From assembly GCA_043228905.1 (NCBI GenBank), contig JBHGNT010000001.1, positions 34,410,001 through 34,474,000 of the forward strand: a stretch of 64,000 nt of DNA, written 5' to 3'. The translations under genes and the position numbers were made by a program. Below are positions 14,868 through 27,499 of the stretch, one piece after another. The notes beneath the pieces are model-generated. The model did not search any database, was not told the DNA's origin, and saw only the letters and a program-made list of their open reading frames with translations. This stretch comes from Azolla caroliniana. Lineage: Eukaryota > Plantae > Polypodiophyta. The number at the start of each line of letters is the position of its first letter. Position 1 is the first letter of the stretch.

Positions 14868-15057
14868 CTAGAAAATGAATGGTAAAAAAGAATTAATTAG
14901 CAAGCGGTTCCATGCATTAATTCTTCAGGTCATGGAGGGTTAAAAATGGATATTACACTTGGATGTAATAGGCAAGGTTAAATTAGTTTTTGTGTTAAAG
15001 AAGCAGATGTGAAGTGAATGAAAAAAGAATGGATGTGTTGCAATGATTGTTACTTAC
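14868..15057 (-). other. Probable 5'-UTR intron of TPP
   Basis: GTAAGT donor at 15057-15052 and TTTTCTAG acceptor ending at 14868, between the TATA box and the ATG; U-rich interior. Confidence 0.55.
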
Positions 15058-15197
15058 AACTAATTTCAAATAAGAAGAATATATATGTAAGTATATGTAT
15101 AATCTATCTCTCTCTCAGAGTGGAGTCTGGACACAGAGCAAAATGGCTTAAGAGAGGTGAAGCTGCAGAGGAGGGGGGGAGTGGGGGAAGCCTTTTT

Positions 15198-15204
15198 ATT
15201 TATA
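15198..15204 (-). promoter_or_regulatory. TATA box of TPP
   Basis: CTATAAATAAAAAGG on the minus strand, followed by a CT-rich 5'-UTR-like stretch. Confidence 0.6.
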
Positions 15205-15332
15205 GCAGACATAAATATAAAGAATAAATGCCCTGCTCCGAGGGAAGGAAAAATATTAGAACAGAACGTATAAAAAAGAATTAGATAAAATAAAACAAAT
15301 TAAAACGCTTTTTGTTTTGTTGTTTTAATTAT

Positions 15333-15337
<5 letters not shown>

Positions 15338-15377
<40 letters not shown>
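15338..15377. repeat. (GA)n microsatellite
   Basis: About 20 GA units read directly. Confidence 0.95.
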
Positions 15378-15380
<3 letters not shown>

Positions 15381-15643
15381 TTGCTTTGGCCGGCTCGCAC
15401 GAATTGGGCTTTTTCTTCTTTTTTGTCCGGCCAAAACAAACTCTCTCTCTCTCTTCTTCTTTTTTCTCACTCCCTTTTTTGTCCGGACAACAGATATGAA
15501 GATAAAATACTAATAAATATTAACTGTCCGTGGCCATCCCATCCCATCCAAGCCCATTAAGAAATAGTTTTACAGAAAAGAAAATAAGAAGAGAACTATT
15601 TATTATTGGTATTTGTTTTCTTTTTTTACTGGTGGAGCTCATT

Positions 15644-15716
15644 GCCACTTGGCGCGCATCCGCTGGCCGAATCTGAACCGTCCACGTGGCCGACATTTGG
15701 CGCGCATCCACGTGGA
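15644..15716. promoter_or_regulatory. Clustered G-box/ABRE, DRE/CRT and CGCG elements upstream of TPP
   Basis: CACGTGG at 15683 and 15709, GCCGAC at 15689-15694, TTGGCGCGCATCC at 15649 and 15697, forming a GC-rich island in AT-rich DNA. Confidence 0.6.
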
Positions 15717-16031
15717 GGAATCCCGGTGTCACTGCCTCCCCAAATTGATTCAGCCAAGCCGTTTCAGTTACCCTCTTTGGTTTTTTATTTTTTGTTTTAT
15801 TTTATTTTTTTCGTTTTTTGTTTTTTTTTTACTTGGGTTGTTTATTTTACTATTTTATTATTTGCTTTATTCGTTTAAATTTACTTGTATTTTTTATTTT
15901 ATTATTTGCTTTATTTGTTTATTTATTTTTGGGTGCTGTTTAGATTAAAATAGAAAACATGGAAGGAGTTGGGTTCAATCACTCTCGAGTCTCTTCTTAC
16001 GCTTCTTTATTTACTATTACAAATTTGCGTG

Positions 16032-16055
16032 CCCCCCCCCCCCCCCCCCCCCCCC
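16032..16055. repeat. Poly(C)24 tract
   Basis: Direct reading. Confidence 0.9.
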
Positions 16056-17232
16056 TTTCCTCTTATAAGTTATGTATAATAAATAGATTATAGTAAAATA
16101 CTAAGCTCATGATGTTGTCATACACCCCCCCACATGTCTTGTTTGGCCCCCCTCCCCCCTAACTTGACCCACCCCCATGTGGCATGATGTTGTCATGGGG
16201 CCACATAGTGTTTCCAATCATTTTCTACATGTGTCACTGATAATGTGTGTGTCGCTCCGCTAAATTAGCCCATGGTGTTGTCACAGTCCACCCCATGATG
16301 TTGCCACTACCCACAAAGTTATATCAATGCTCTCACTCCTTAACTCGACAACTCCCTCTCCCTCTTGACGACACACCTGATGTCGTGTCAATGCTTGAGT
16401 TTACAAACCGTTTTGCGGACATCAATTGAAGTCTGGAATCGCAAAAGGTCAGAGATGCTTAACCATCATCCCAAGGTTGCAAAACCATGTTATATATTTT
16501 TCTCTAATTGGAAATATTCAAAAGTATAAATTTTCAAGTTTAAATTTCCGTGATCAATTGGAACAAATGTAATTCATATGTATGGTGTTATCATAAATCA
16601 ACTACAAAACTGGATTGTTTCAATTCTCAGCTTGCATAATAGGCTAGAGAGTTGAAACAAGGTCAAAGTCTCACTTCTATAAGCTCATGATCTTGCAAAC
16701 TATGCCCCAACACCTAAATGCCAATATCCAAGAGGCTAGGTGGTACAAGGGTCATCATCCTCCTTCCGCATCACACCTTGATAGGGCCACTCAATCTCAC
16801 TTGCTACATGAAATCAAGGCCAATAACCATTAATTAATGTTCCCCAACCCACACCCCTACAACAAGTTACTTTTCGAGAGAGGGGCTTACAATGTAAACA
16901 AATAATCAAACGTAGGCTAGATTCCTCTTCTCCATGGAGGAACCAGGAAACCATCCATATGGCACAATCATCACCCATTGCAAATGACAAATACAAAAAA
17001 ATAATAAAGGTGCTTGTTATTATCCTCAAGAATATGCTAAAACAAGAAAACACAAACTAGAAAGCTGTTATAAAGTTTCAATGGAAAAGTTAACATTGCA
17101 TGATTTAGTTTATGTGGTGTCAAGGTGTGCTCGCTAGGTGGTGATATAACAAGATATGGTAAAGGGGAAATATGGGAATGGGAAGTAAAATAGATGGTGG
17201 ATTAGAATTAAAAAATAGTTTGACAAGAACAA

Positions 17233-17270
<38 letters not shown>

Positions 17271-17740
17271 TACTATCTAACCTTCTACACTAATCTCATT
17301 AACAACTCCATCCATATCACTTCTTCCTCCCAGTATATACTTCCTTTCTTAGATATCTGGATAAATGTTCATGTTCTCATTTAAGTGCTTTCAAAAGGAA
17401 ATCAATGCTTATCAACATATCCCATTCATCATCGGCCACCCCCTACATAAAAAACACAACTTCACCAATGAGCTTTGATGATACCTAGTTCACGAAGCAT
17501 CCTCAAGGGCTACGAAGATACTTAGATATGGACAACTTATTCTATAATAGACTTATAGCTCGTGATTACTGCATTTGGATTGGTCAATAGTTGCTTTGGT
17601 TTTTTTTCACACCTAGAAAACCATCTTAGATATTGTAAAACCTAAAAAACTACACAAACCCCTTCCATTCAAACTTCAAACTTCAAGCTACTAGCACTTC
17701 TCACAAACTAGGTATCCATACTTTCCTTCATAACTTGTAC

Positions 17741-18080
17741 TAACAATCGGCAATGGTCCGGTTTTAACAGCCAGAAACCGCAGTTAAAATGGTTTTTTGT
17801 TTTTTATTTTTTATTTAAAAAATTTGTAAAAATTATTTTTAAACAATCTTTTCATTTTTAGTCCTTATTCTCACTTTTTAGGAACATCTTTAAAATTTTA
17901 AATTTTTTTAAGAAAGGAAATATTATAAATTTTAAAAAATTAAAAATTTGACCTATGTTGAAAACAAAAACCGAACCACGAAACCACGGTTTTTGCGGTT
18001 TAATGGTTTAATGGTTTGAAAATTGTTTTGTGGTTCGGTTTGGACCCTCTCAAACCGAACCGAACCGTTGCGGATTGTTA
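17741..18080. mobile_element. Non-autonomous hAT-type element / MITE (340 bp)
   Basis: TIRs TAACAATCGGCAATGGTCCGG and CCGAACCGTTGCGGATTGTTA (18/21 match). 8-bp TSD ACTTGTAC at 17733-17740 and 18081-18088. Subterminal AAACCG/CGGTTT repeats. Confidence 0.9.
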
Positions 18081-21000
18081 ACTTGTACTTAGACCTACAA
18101 TAACACTCAAACTTAACACATACACCACACCCCCATAGTGTGTATGACCAAATTCAACACACTACATTCATGTCTAGTTAGGACTAGGTTTAAAGGTATG
18201 CTGCCCAATACATATATTCAATGTCGTATCCTCCAAGGATCTCACCTCAAGACACATACTACATATAAACCATGGGTATTCTAAGGTCATGCAACTATGA
18301 ACTCCCATCAAGAATGAAAGTAGTTTGTATGGGCCGTCATTCTATCTTTTCTACCTAGTCTAAAGGGATACATCTTTTCCCTCTTTTTCCTCTTTCTCTC
18401 TCAAACCAATCGATGGTAAGTAAAACACTGAGTTCTGAATGAGATAGCACTTGGTTTTCAATCCTAGCGAAGCACACATAGTTATTGTCATTAAGGATAT
18501 TGAAGTCTCCAATTAACAGAAAGGTTGACAACAATACCACTCATTGATCCTAAACACTAGAAGTGAATCTAATATGATTTAAAGTGTATTCACTCCATAG
18601 GTCCAATATGAAATAATGAATAATGTGAAAATATGGTATTTTTTATAAAGATTTTGATGTTTTAGTTTTATTCGTAGTGTTTTCTAAACTTTTATGGATG
18701 AATTTTAATTGATGTTGGTGATACAATAATCTTTCATATACAAACAAATAATAGCATCATGGACGCTCAATGATGGTTTGCACTCAACAAATGCCTCATA
18801 CCAAGGCATGTTAAGTTTTAATCTAACACAAAAACCTAAACACAACCATAGTTTTACGAAGAAAAATGAATTAAATGACTTTATGTAAACTAATCCTATC
18901 AATCTAACAAAAAGTAACTACGATTTATTATTGATGAGACAAACACACATTACTTATTCTAATGCAAACTAATATAACGAGCATCTCAACACAAACAAGG
19001 ACAAAAGTTCATGTGAGTGTCAACAACTCCAAGGACATGTTCCAAATGGAAACATTACTATAGACAACCTAGAGTGGGATTTGACATAAGAGGAAACTAT
19101 ATGTATCTTTAATAGGCGACCATGAGCTCACCTCAGTTAAAATATGATTATTTGGAATGTAACTTTCATAGGGAATCATGTGCATATGGTTGTTTGAGAA
19201 TGGGTTTTCTATATTTTTACCATTCTCCGGATAGCCAAACAATCTTACCATTATCTAACCATCTGATGAGAAACTCACAAAGCCATATAATTGAGTTACC
19301 CTTATGCCTTAGATATGGAACACAAAGTTCGATGGATGCAAGAAATTTGGAAAAGTCTCAACTACTTGTATGAGCCTATGGAAGAATATACATTATGATT
19401 TGTTCTCTGCCATCGACCAATGTCATTGTTTAAACTCTAGCCTCAACAATCATTAAAAGAAATTGGATCAAAATTAGGGGTTTGTAGGAAATTGCATCAA
19501 TATACTTTTGCATTGGGGGTCGCTAAAGGTCATGGTGGATGTTACCAAACATATATGTAATTAAAAATGTTTCATGAGAGGATTCCAAAACAACATTGAA
19601 TTCCCAATTAGAGTTCTCGTGTGAAAGTTAGAGCCTTCTCTCTACAAAGTACGCAAACAAGTTTCCCCGCCGAGAATCCATTTCCCTATTTGGGAATATT
19701 CCAAACACTTAAAAGGCCCCAAGTTTATTCCAAAATTGTTGTAATGCTCCTTTGGGACATATACCCATATGATGATACCATAAGATGACGCATAGCAAGT
19801 CAGTTAGAGATTGTTGTTGGTTCGACCGGAGGTGGCTGATCCAATATTACCTTGAGTGGCACTATATACTTCCTACAAGTAGGATTCAAATTCCTCAAGT
19901 ACTCCTCAACTTTCACTATGATTCAAAGTTGTGATACAATGCCTCTTTTAAAAGTCCTCATGAATCTTTTGAGGCATCACGTAGCAAATGTTATATCGTC
20001 CCATATTCAAAACCATTTCCTCATATTTATCATGGACTTAGGAACTATATACCATCATGTTATAGATAGATAAGAAGAATCACTTAAAAAGAAAAAACAT
20101 GAACGATATGATATGCCTAAAACCAAGAAGGGTGCAACATAGTGAGATTCATAGAGTCTATAGGTTGGACATGAGGAGACGTACCTCAAACTTGAATAAG
20201 GATAACAACGATAATAGAAGTAAGTATTGGATCCCTAATTAATATAGGTAAAAGACTAGAAACAGAAAAAAGTAGGAATAAGAACAAAATTCAAAATAGG
20301 GATGGTAACAAAACCATGATAATGCTTTTGAATAGTAATAGGTATGTGAACAAGAGCCAAATCAAGGATGTAAAAATAAACAAGACAATGGTGCATATAT
20401 CACAAGAAGATGGTCTAAATAAGACATGGTATAAAATGCACATGGTTTCCATTTGTTTGATTGTGTGCTCCACACATGTATGTAATGTTGAATAAAACAT
20501 AGAAGCACACGTTTGATAAGTATAATAGAATATATTAAAATAATGTTTCTCTATACTTAAACCAAACATCTCCTTTTAAGGCAATATCATTAAATCATTT
20601 CAGTATGTATAGAGAATAATAAATATAATATAAATTATGAATATACTTAGATTAGTTTATAATTGTCATGCCACATGTCATGTGTGCTTTAGACACAAAT
20701 GTATGTAATAAGTACATAGCATGAAATAAATTATGCATATTTTACGTTAATGGCTTCCTCTATTGACTTAACATTTGTCTATACTTTCACAAAGTTGTGC
20801 AACAATGACATTGCAAAAAAAGCTCATGCATAGAGCAATATGTTGACACATCATGTGTAATATGATCAATCACATTTTCCAAACCATTTCTTCATATCTT
20901 GCATCTATATATATATAGAGAGAGAGGTGCAAATCCCATAGATGATTTTCGTGATGGAAGTCACTTGTTTTTATTAGGTGGTAAGGTGAACAAAAAATTA

Positions 21001-22029
21001 TGTTCCTAAGAATGTTGCTCAACATATTGCATTATGTTCTTTGATGCTTCACATGTCATCATTGGATTGTTCAGGTTTATTATGGTTTATTTTAATGTGT
21101 CTTGATACTTCAAAATCTACTTCACAATATTCATTAATGAACTTTCTTCATGAGCAAACTAGTAACGATCAATTGACTTCATAGGTTATAAAGTTGAGTT
21201 TAGAAATGGTTACACTTAAGGTATACACAACATTGACAAACCTTTGAGTTGGTTGCATAAAATTTATATGATACATGATGAATAATTTTTTCTAGCACTA
21301 CTTTGCATGTGAGGCATACAAGATGTGCTCTCATCATATCATTTCCCCATATGTTTTGAGTTCAATAATCGAGAGACAAATATCTATAAATTTTGCTTCA
21401 ATAGCCCTTTATGATTCAATCACTCTTCTTTGTTACTACACTCTCAATTTGATGCTAATATGGAACAAATTTTGGTTGCCTTTTCACATCAACTCTATAA
21501 CAATGGATTACATCATAAAATATTAGAATCTTTCATCTTATTTGTGAGTTGACTAATGGTCAACAACATCAACATCCATTGAGTAAATGTTTTAAGTTCT
21601 CATTAGATGCATTACATTGTTGATGCATACACCTCATGATGAAGAACTCTAGATGTACAACGTCAAATAAAGGATGAATTATATTGTGGAAGTTATCAAA
21701 GTGCAAATTTATGATAATTACAAGTTAGACTTATTGATAATCAATCTCAACCCCACATGTTTTTCCGTGCTTTACGAGATTTGAATGTTACAATGTGGTT
21801 AGAGTGCTACGAGTGCAATTATGTACGAGGAGTTGGATCTGAATTTAGTAGAGGAAGAGGTAGAGTTGGTATTGTGACACCTTTCCAATGGCAAACATCA
21901 TGCTACGAACTTGGAAGGTGTGCCTCATTAAATTGATGCATAAGATAGCAGATCTTGAGTCATTTTAACAATGTAGACCTATTTGTAAAGATATTATCAA
22001 ATCAATTGAAGAGGACCGCCTCAACCTAC

Positions 22030-22691
22030 AATACTTAACAATCAATGTCGGCTACCTATTTTCATGGGCATCAACGATGTGGGGAGTGTTACATTCCAGC
22101 CTGATGTTGTATGAGGCAAACGGTGTTCAAGAGGCAAACGATGTTTTGGTACATAATAGAATATTGATATTAGTTAGCCCCTTTCAACAACCTGGAAAGC
22201 AGGTGCGACCTGTCCAAGTTTGGAAACTAGTGACTACGATAACGTTACGTGCATTATGGAAATATTGAAGCAACTGACTTTATGATGCGGCAAATCAACA
22301 TCTCTTAGATGTCTTGCTTGAGATATGGGAGAACTTGTTGGCAGTAGTCCATAGCCAGTATGACAATATGCATGGTTTTCCAGAAACCATAAACAAGAGA
22401 AGGAAGAAGCTTCTTCACTTATGGAAAAAGTTGCCCATGTTTACAGAGTCAACTCAAGGGCCTCAGTGGCATTATCAACTTCCATGGACTCTTTCTTGAA
22501 TATCAGTAAATCATGGCAATGTGCACCAACAAATTCCAACACCTTCTACAAAGTCCTATCTTTGGTCTTAGGATTACTTTACATTATTGTACATAAAAAA
22601 TTGTAAGCTTTTGGGTAGACAAGCTCAAGGTGTAGCCTTGAGGTGTTTTTTCTTAATACTATTGAAGAAAATCTTTGAAGGAAAAAAAAAA
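22030..22691 (+). mobile_element. LINE 3' fragment (related subfamily) with poly(A)
   Basis: Peptides VWKLVTTITLRALWKY and EIWENLL...LWKKLPMF...QWHYQLPW align with the LINE ORF2 C-terminus at 562-1035. A-run at 22682-22691. Partial flanking duplication CCTCAACCTA at 22019 and 22697. Confidence 0.75.
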
Positions 22692-22729
22692 CACTACCTC
22701 AACCTATTCATCTAACTCAATATGATTTT

Positions 22730-23053
22730 GTTCAGATGGACATGAATTATACTTAGGATACAAATCAAGAATTAATTATGGTGCAATTACACTTGGAAAA
22801 AACATATGATCATGTCGATCACATGTCCTTTGCATTAGGACCTCCTATATCTCATCATATATTTCTACTAGGGCAAAATGCAACATCTTGAGTAATGCTT
22901 AAGGGTGGAGTTACTTCAAAAATCCCCCTCACTAGATTGGTTCAGCAAGGATGTCCACTTAGTACATTGTTATTTGCTATTGTTACACATTCTCTATTAG
23001 TTATGTTATTAAGAAAAATACTCGTGGAGAAATTTTAGGTTTACAGCTTTCAT
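22730..23053 (+). mobile_element. Decayed LINE reverse transcriptase, interrupted by nested LTRs (resumes about 24006-24070)
   Basis: QLHLEKTYDHVD (LDxxKAYD.V motif) and VQQGCPLSTLLF (RQGCPLSPLLF motif). After the insertion the frame continues into ALVDDSF (ADD motif). Confidence 0.8.
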
Positions 23054-24000
23054 TGTCATGACTCACAACATAATGACATAAAATACATAGTTACGATTTA
23101 ACCTACAACCTTACTCAACAAGACATTATGGTCAACCATTTTGATATAAACATTTATTTATATGTAATGTATTTGATCTAGGAATACTCTTTAGTAACAT
23201 ACGGTCCTCTAGAAAGTTCCAGAACTATAAGGTTCTAGAGGGTTCTAGAATATTCTAATGCATATACTTCAATTCATAGTATAAATATGTTGGGAAAAAG
23301 GTCCCTCCAGATGGGAAGAACAACCGAATCAGTTGATGGCTAACTCAACCGAGTTCGAAAAATCGAATAATAATTGATTTGGCTAATAGCCGAATCGGCC
23401 GAAGCCGACTCGAGGCTAGATTTGTAAATAGTCATATATGAACATGAGTATAAATATACTTAGGGCAAGTAGTTAGAACGATAAATCATTGTTGTGAATA
23501 GTTAGTACGTGGAGTTGCCTCTGTAACTAAGGTTGAGAGAGAGAGTGTGAAAGAGAGTTGTAACTCTGTAACTATCTGTAGACGAAGAAGAGCTTGAGGT
23601 TGTCGCCTCATAGCCTCTTGTTGTATTCCTCTCAATACATAGTGATTATGTTCGGAGTCTCTGGGTTCCTGTGGTTTTTCCCTTTCGAGGTTTTCCACTT
23701 TAACATCCTGTGTCCTCTTGTTTACGTATTCGTTTTCTGTTCTTTCATTTTCACTTGATAGTGATAATTGGTTGTGGCCGATCTTATTCTCAACAAAATA
23801 CTTGTAACCACCTTAATCCCTTTCAAGGGATTCAACACCAGTCATTGACACCTGAATCTAGTATTCTCATTTCATTCCATCGTGTCTTCTTCTTCATCTT
23901 TGTCTTCATACTCTTGTGTCGTTCCAAGCTTCATAAGTTCCACGCTCTTAGCCCCATCATCCGTGCTCCGTCCGAGTCCACAATTCGTGTGTCCGTGACA
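23054..24000. mobile_element. Solo LTR (outer), interrupted by a second solo LTR
   Basis: Termini TGTCATG...CGTGACA; 5-bp TSD TTCAT at 23049-23053 and 24001-24005. Confidence 0.85.
23288..23795 (+). mobile_element. Solo LTR (inner, 508 bp)
   Basis: Termini TGTTGGGAA...TTCTCAACA; 5-bp TSD AAATA at 23283-23287 and 23796-23800; internal TATAAATA near 23448. Confidence 0.88.
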
Positions 24001-24298
24001 TTCATCTACATGACAACTAGTTGTGTAGGCTTTGGTTGATGATTCTTTTGGTCTTTTTACAAACCTCTTGAAATGAGTACACAAGTGTGGGATCAATTTG
24101 CTTCATTTTAGAGCTACACATAGACATAGAGAAAAAGTCTCACATTATATCTTGTATGGAGTCACTTTTAAAAGTTTAGGATAGTACGTGTCAATGATTA
24201 AGAGAGGCTCGATCTTTTGATATTTGGGGTATTCATTAGGACTTTCTTCTTCAAAAAGAACTCCATCCATTAATTATAAAATTTTATAGATGAGAATG

Positions 24299-24700
24299 TT
24301 ATATACAAATTCCAGTAGGGACGCGGTAGTTCCATCTTATTTGGAGGCACACTAACTCAAGAAAGGGAGATGACGACCATTGTTGAATGAATTCTAATTG
24401 TTGACTTTCGACGCCATCGATTCCGTCTGTGAGGCCATCGTATTGGTTGTTTAGTGTGACCACAACTTCACTCCATATCGCCAGCAGTAACATTGCCCGA
24501 TGCACGGTTTGATTGGAAAAGACTCGCCTATACTGTTGTTTCAAGAGAATCCAAAGTGTTATTGATGTTGTGAATGCCAAACTAATTGAGTGAATTGACA
24601 ATAAATTGAACGATAGGTTCATGCTTTGGAAGTCTCAATCACAGTCTTTCCAATGTGTGACATAAAGTGGTTCAATATATTTTAGAACCCATGATATTGT
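24299..24700 (-). mobile_element. LINE ORF2 C-terminal fragment (divergent subfamily)
   Basis: ITLWILLKQQYRRVF...IWSEVV...QW...IRWNYRVP matches the TLWYIWKAR...IW...W...RWNYQAP pattern of the other LINE copies. Confidence 0.7.
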
Positions 24701-25774
24701 ATTTTACCATTATCCCCTTGAACTAAGAAGACATTGCAACCAATATTTTAACTTCTTGGAATTACGTTGTGGTAGAGGAAGGATAAGATGGGTAAAAAAT
24801 TTCTCTCATGAGTTATTCCCATGAGCTTGAGTTTAATAAAAAATACTTGATTTTGGTGAGAAGCAAAAGATTTATGAATCAAGTTACAAAGATCAATCAT
24901 AGATTCACTTGTAATAATTTAATATTGTTCGTCTTGCATGAGATTATGATACAATGTCATATTTGAAGGCACATGTGGTAATTGGAATTGAACTTTCATT
25001 GGGCTTCCTCCAATTCTTTAACAGTAGGTGTATAGCTCATGCACACTTGAATACGATGCTATTATTATTATTTAAACAATATAATATACACTCTGATATC
25101 TGTAATGAAATTCGAAACATTTATCAATGCCAATATATGAGCTTGGTTAATCACGTACAATCACTTTTTGTGTCCTATACATGCTCTCATGCTTGAGCTC
25201 TAGTCATACAAATTGAGAAAGGATAATCCTTTTTAGAACATAGACTTGTAAATATGAAGATTCCTAGTGGAGTAGAACATTTGTAAAGTATAAAAAAAAT
25301 CAATGTCCTTTACTTATACACATCTTTAATCTCGCGTTCCCATTACAACATACAACTGCTTGTAAATAAAAGATTCCTCATAGCAAGTTGCAGTATCTTT
25401 AGAACGAATGAAGTACGTCAAAATTACTTTAGAAATAATATACTATTCCTTTTATGACAACATTGTATAAAAAACATGAAATGCTACATGTATTATACAA
25501 TGATCGTTTGCTAAGTCATAATGCAACTGCCCAACACATGACACTTTACATTCAAATAGTACATCTCCATTGAGTATTTAAAGTGATCAGTACGCCAAGA
25601 TTTGGACGTCATTGGGTATTTACCCACATATTTTATAAATTGTAATTATACCATTTTATGCATTATTGATACATCGACGTGAGACGGCTTGTCAATATAG
25701 TGTCGAGGTCATCATATTCCATAATATAATTTGTAAGTGTTTCTACATAGAACAAAAATGCTTCTCAATAATTG

Positions 25775-25859
25775 TATCCTATCACGTAAGTATCATTAAG
25801 TTACACAATTCTTTTGTATCCTATCACGTAAGTATCATTAAGTTACACAATTCTTTTGT
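25775..25859. repeat. Two-copy 42-bp tandem duplication
   Basis: GTATCCTATCACGTAAGTATCATTAAGTTACACAATTCTTTT twice; visible in the ORF track as VSYHVSIIKLHNSF repeated. Confidence 0.9.
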
Positions 25860-26449
25860 TTATTTCAAATATGTGCAATACACATACACACATTTATGCA
25901 AAAGATAAAATATTATTAAGTAACGGACTGTATTCAAATGAAGTGAACTATATGTGTGCCTTCATGGCTACATTATTTGTACAATATCGAATTTCTTCAC
26001 TAAGAAATATTTGATCTCATTGAGTACGTATTATTGTCCTACTACTACTAGACTACTAATTAAAATCCTATAGTTGTTATGCATCATTCAAATACATCAA
26101 AATCACTTTTTCATCATTAAATTTATAAACTCGTTTCCAATTTGCCATGTCATTCAATTATTGAAGGGAAGCAAATTTATAATTCAGTATTATTTTATTG
26201 TGTGTGCCTTGGAGATGCCTTTTCAAACATTAAATGTGACCAACGGATATTCTTTTATACACAAAGATTCAGTTTTAAGGAAAAGACTCGTTATCCATCT
26301 CTTGTTAGCCCTATTTTGATTTTTAAACTGAATGGTGAATAAATCGGGGGATCAAAATTTGAACCATGGTTAGTGATGGAAACTTCTATCATCCTTGAAT
26401 GTAATGACTTTTATCATTCTTTGACTTCTATATTTCCTTCTTTTTCTAG

Positions 26450-26900
26450 AAAGAATGCATTTGGGCCAATCTCTTATAGATTTAACACTTTACTTGTGAA
26501 GACATCCAAGTTTGCAACAAATGCGAAGCCAAGGCATTAGAGCTTTGAGGACCTGATTTTGTTTATCTTATTGAAGACGCTGATTTTGTTGATATTGTTG
26601 AAGATGAAGCTAGATTGGCATGGCAAGTACATGACTTGTTGAGACTAATTGAAGTTCCTAGAAAGTGTGAGGCTTACGTAGTAATGACAAAGTTGTGCCA
26701 AAATGCTTTTTAGGAGGAGATTGAAATAGCAAAGTCTGTTTTAGAGTTAGTCCATATTGATTTTTGCAAAAAGAAGACGACAAAAGTGATAGAAAAACAT
26801 TCCTACTTTGTCCTCATCGTAGAAATTTTGGGTATATTTCTTCAAAGATAACACTTTGGAGTTTGATTTTCATCTTTCTCAATAGACAAGTTGGTTGAAC
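26450..26900 (+). mobile_element. Decayed Ty1/Copia GAG-pre-integrase / integrase remnant
   Basis: AKSVLELVHIDFC at about 26729-26768 (cf. LELVHTDLCG), preceded by degenerate WH and CEA motifs. Confidence 0.6.
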
Positions 26901-27499
26901 TCTATGATTATGACTATGTTTGGGATCCAAAGGACATGTAGCAAAATGTAAGGATTTGTCTTAAAAGGGAAAATAATAGTCATCATCTTTTTCACCTTCA
27001 TGATCAAATTGTGGATCCATGTAAGGTTCTTATTCCACCTATCTAGGATATAACAGATACAAAAGCATTAAGACCGAGGAATAAATTCACCTTCATACAG
27101 GTTAATTGTATCAACCCAAACACAAGATTACGAAACCAATCCAAAACCATCCATAATGGCTTCAACTTAAAAAGGAATGGATATGACAACTTTGATGGAT
27201 AGATGCTATACTTTGTATTGACCAAGGGATGACAATTCAAACCATTTTGAAAGTCTCTTTGAAAGAGCTACAAATGCACCATTATCAATAGGCTCAATTG
27301 TACATGATGACACATAAATTAGAGGATAAAAATTGTCCATGACATAAATATTTTCATGCCTTACATGGACGACATGTTAGATACAATGTGGTAAGGCTAG
27401 AAGTGCATGCAAAAATGCCCACAGACCCACAATTCATTGTGGCAATAATATTTCAAACAAATATCTACTTTAATTTTTGGGAGGGAATGAGAGTTCATG

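Noticed and set aside
15606-15948. F/L-rich ORFs of 90-111 aa
   Set aside because: Translation of T-rich low-complexity promoter DNA.
19000-20250. Possible Gypsy remnant (minus-strand VMFPFG near 19040)
   Set aside because: One degenerate motif only; not enough to delimit a feature.
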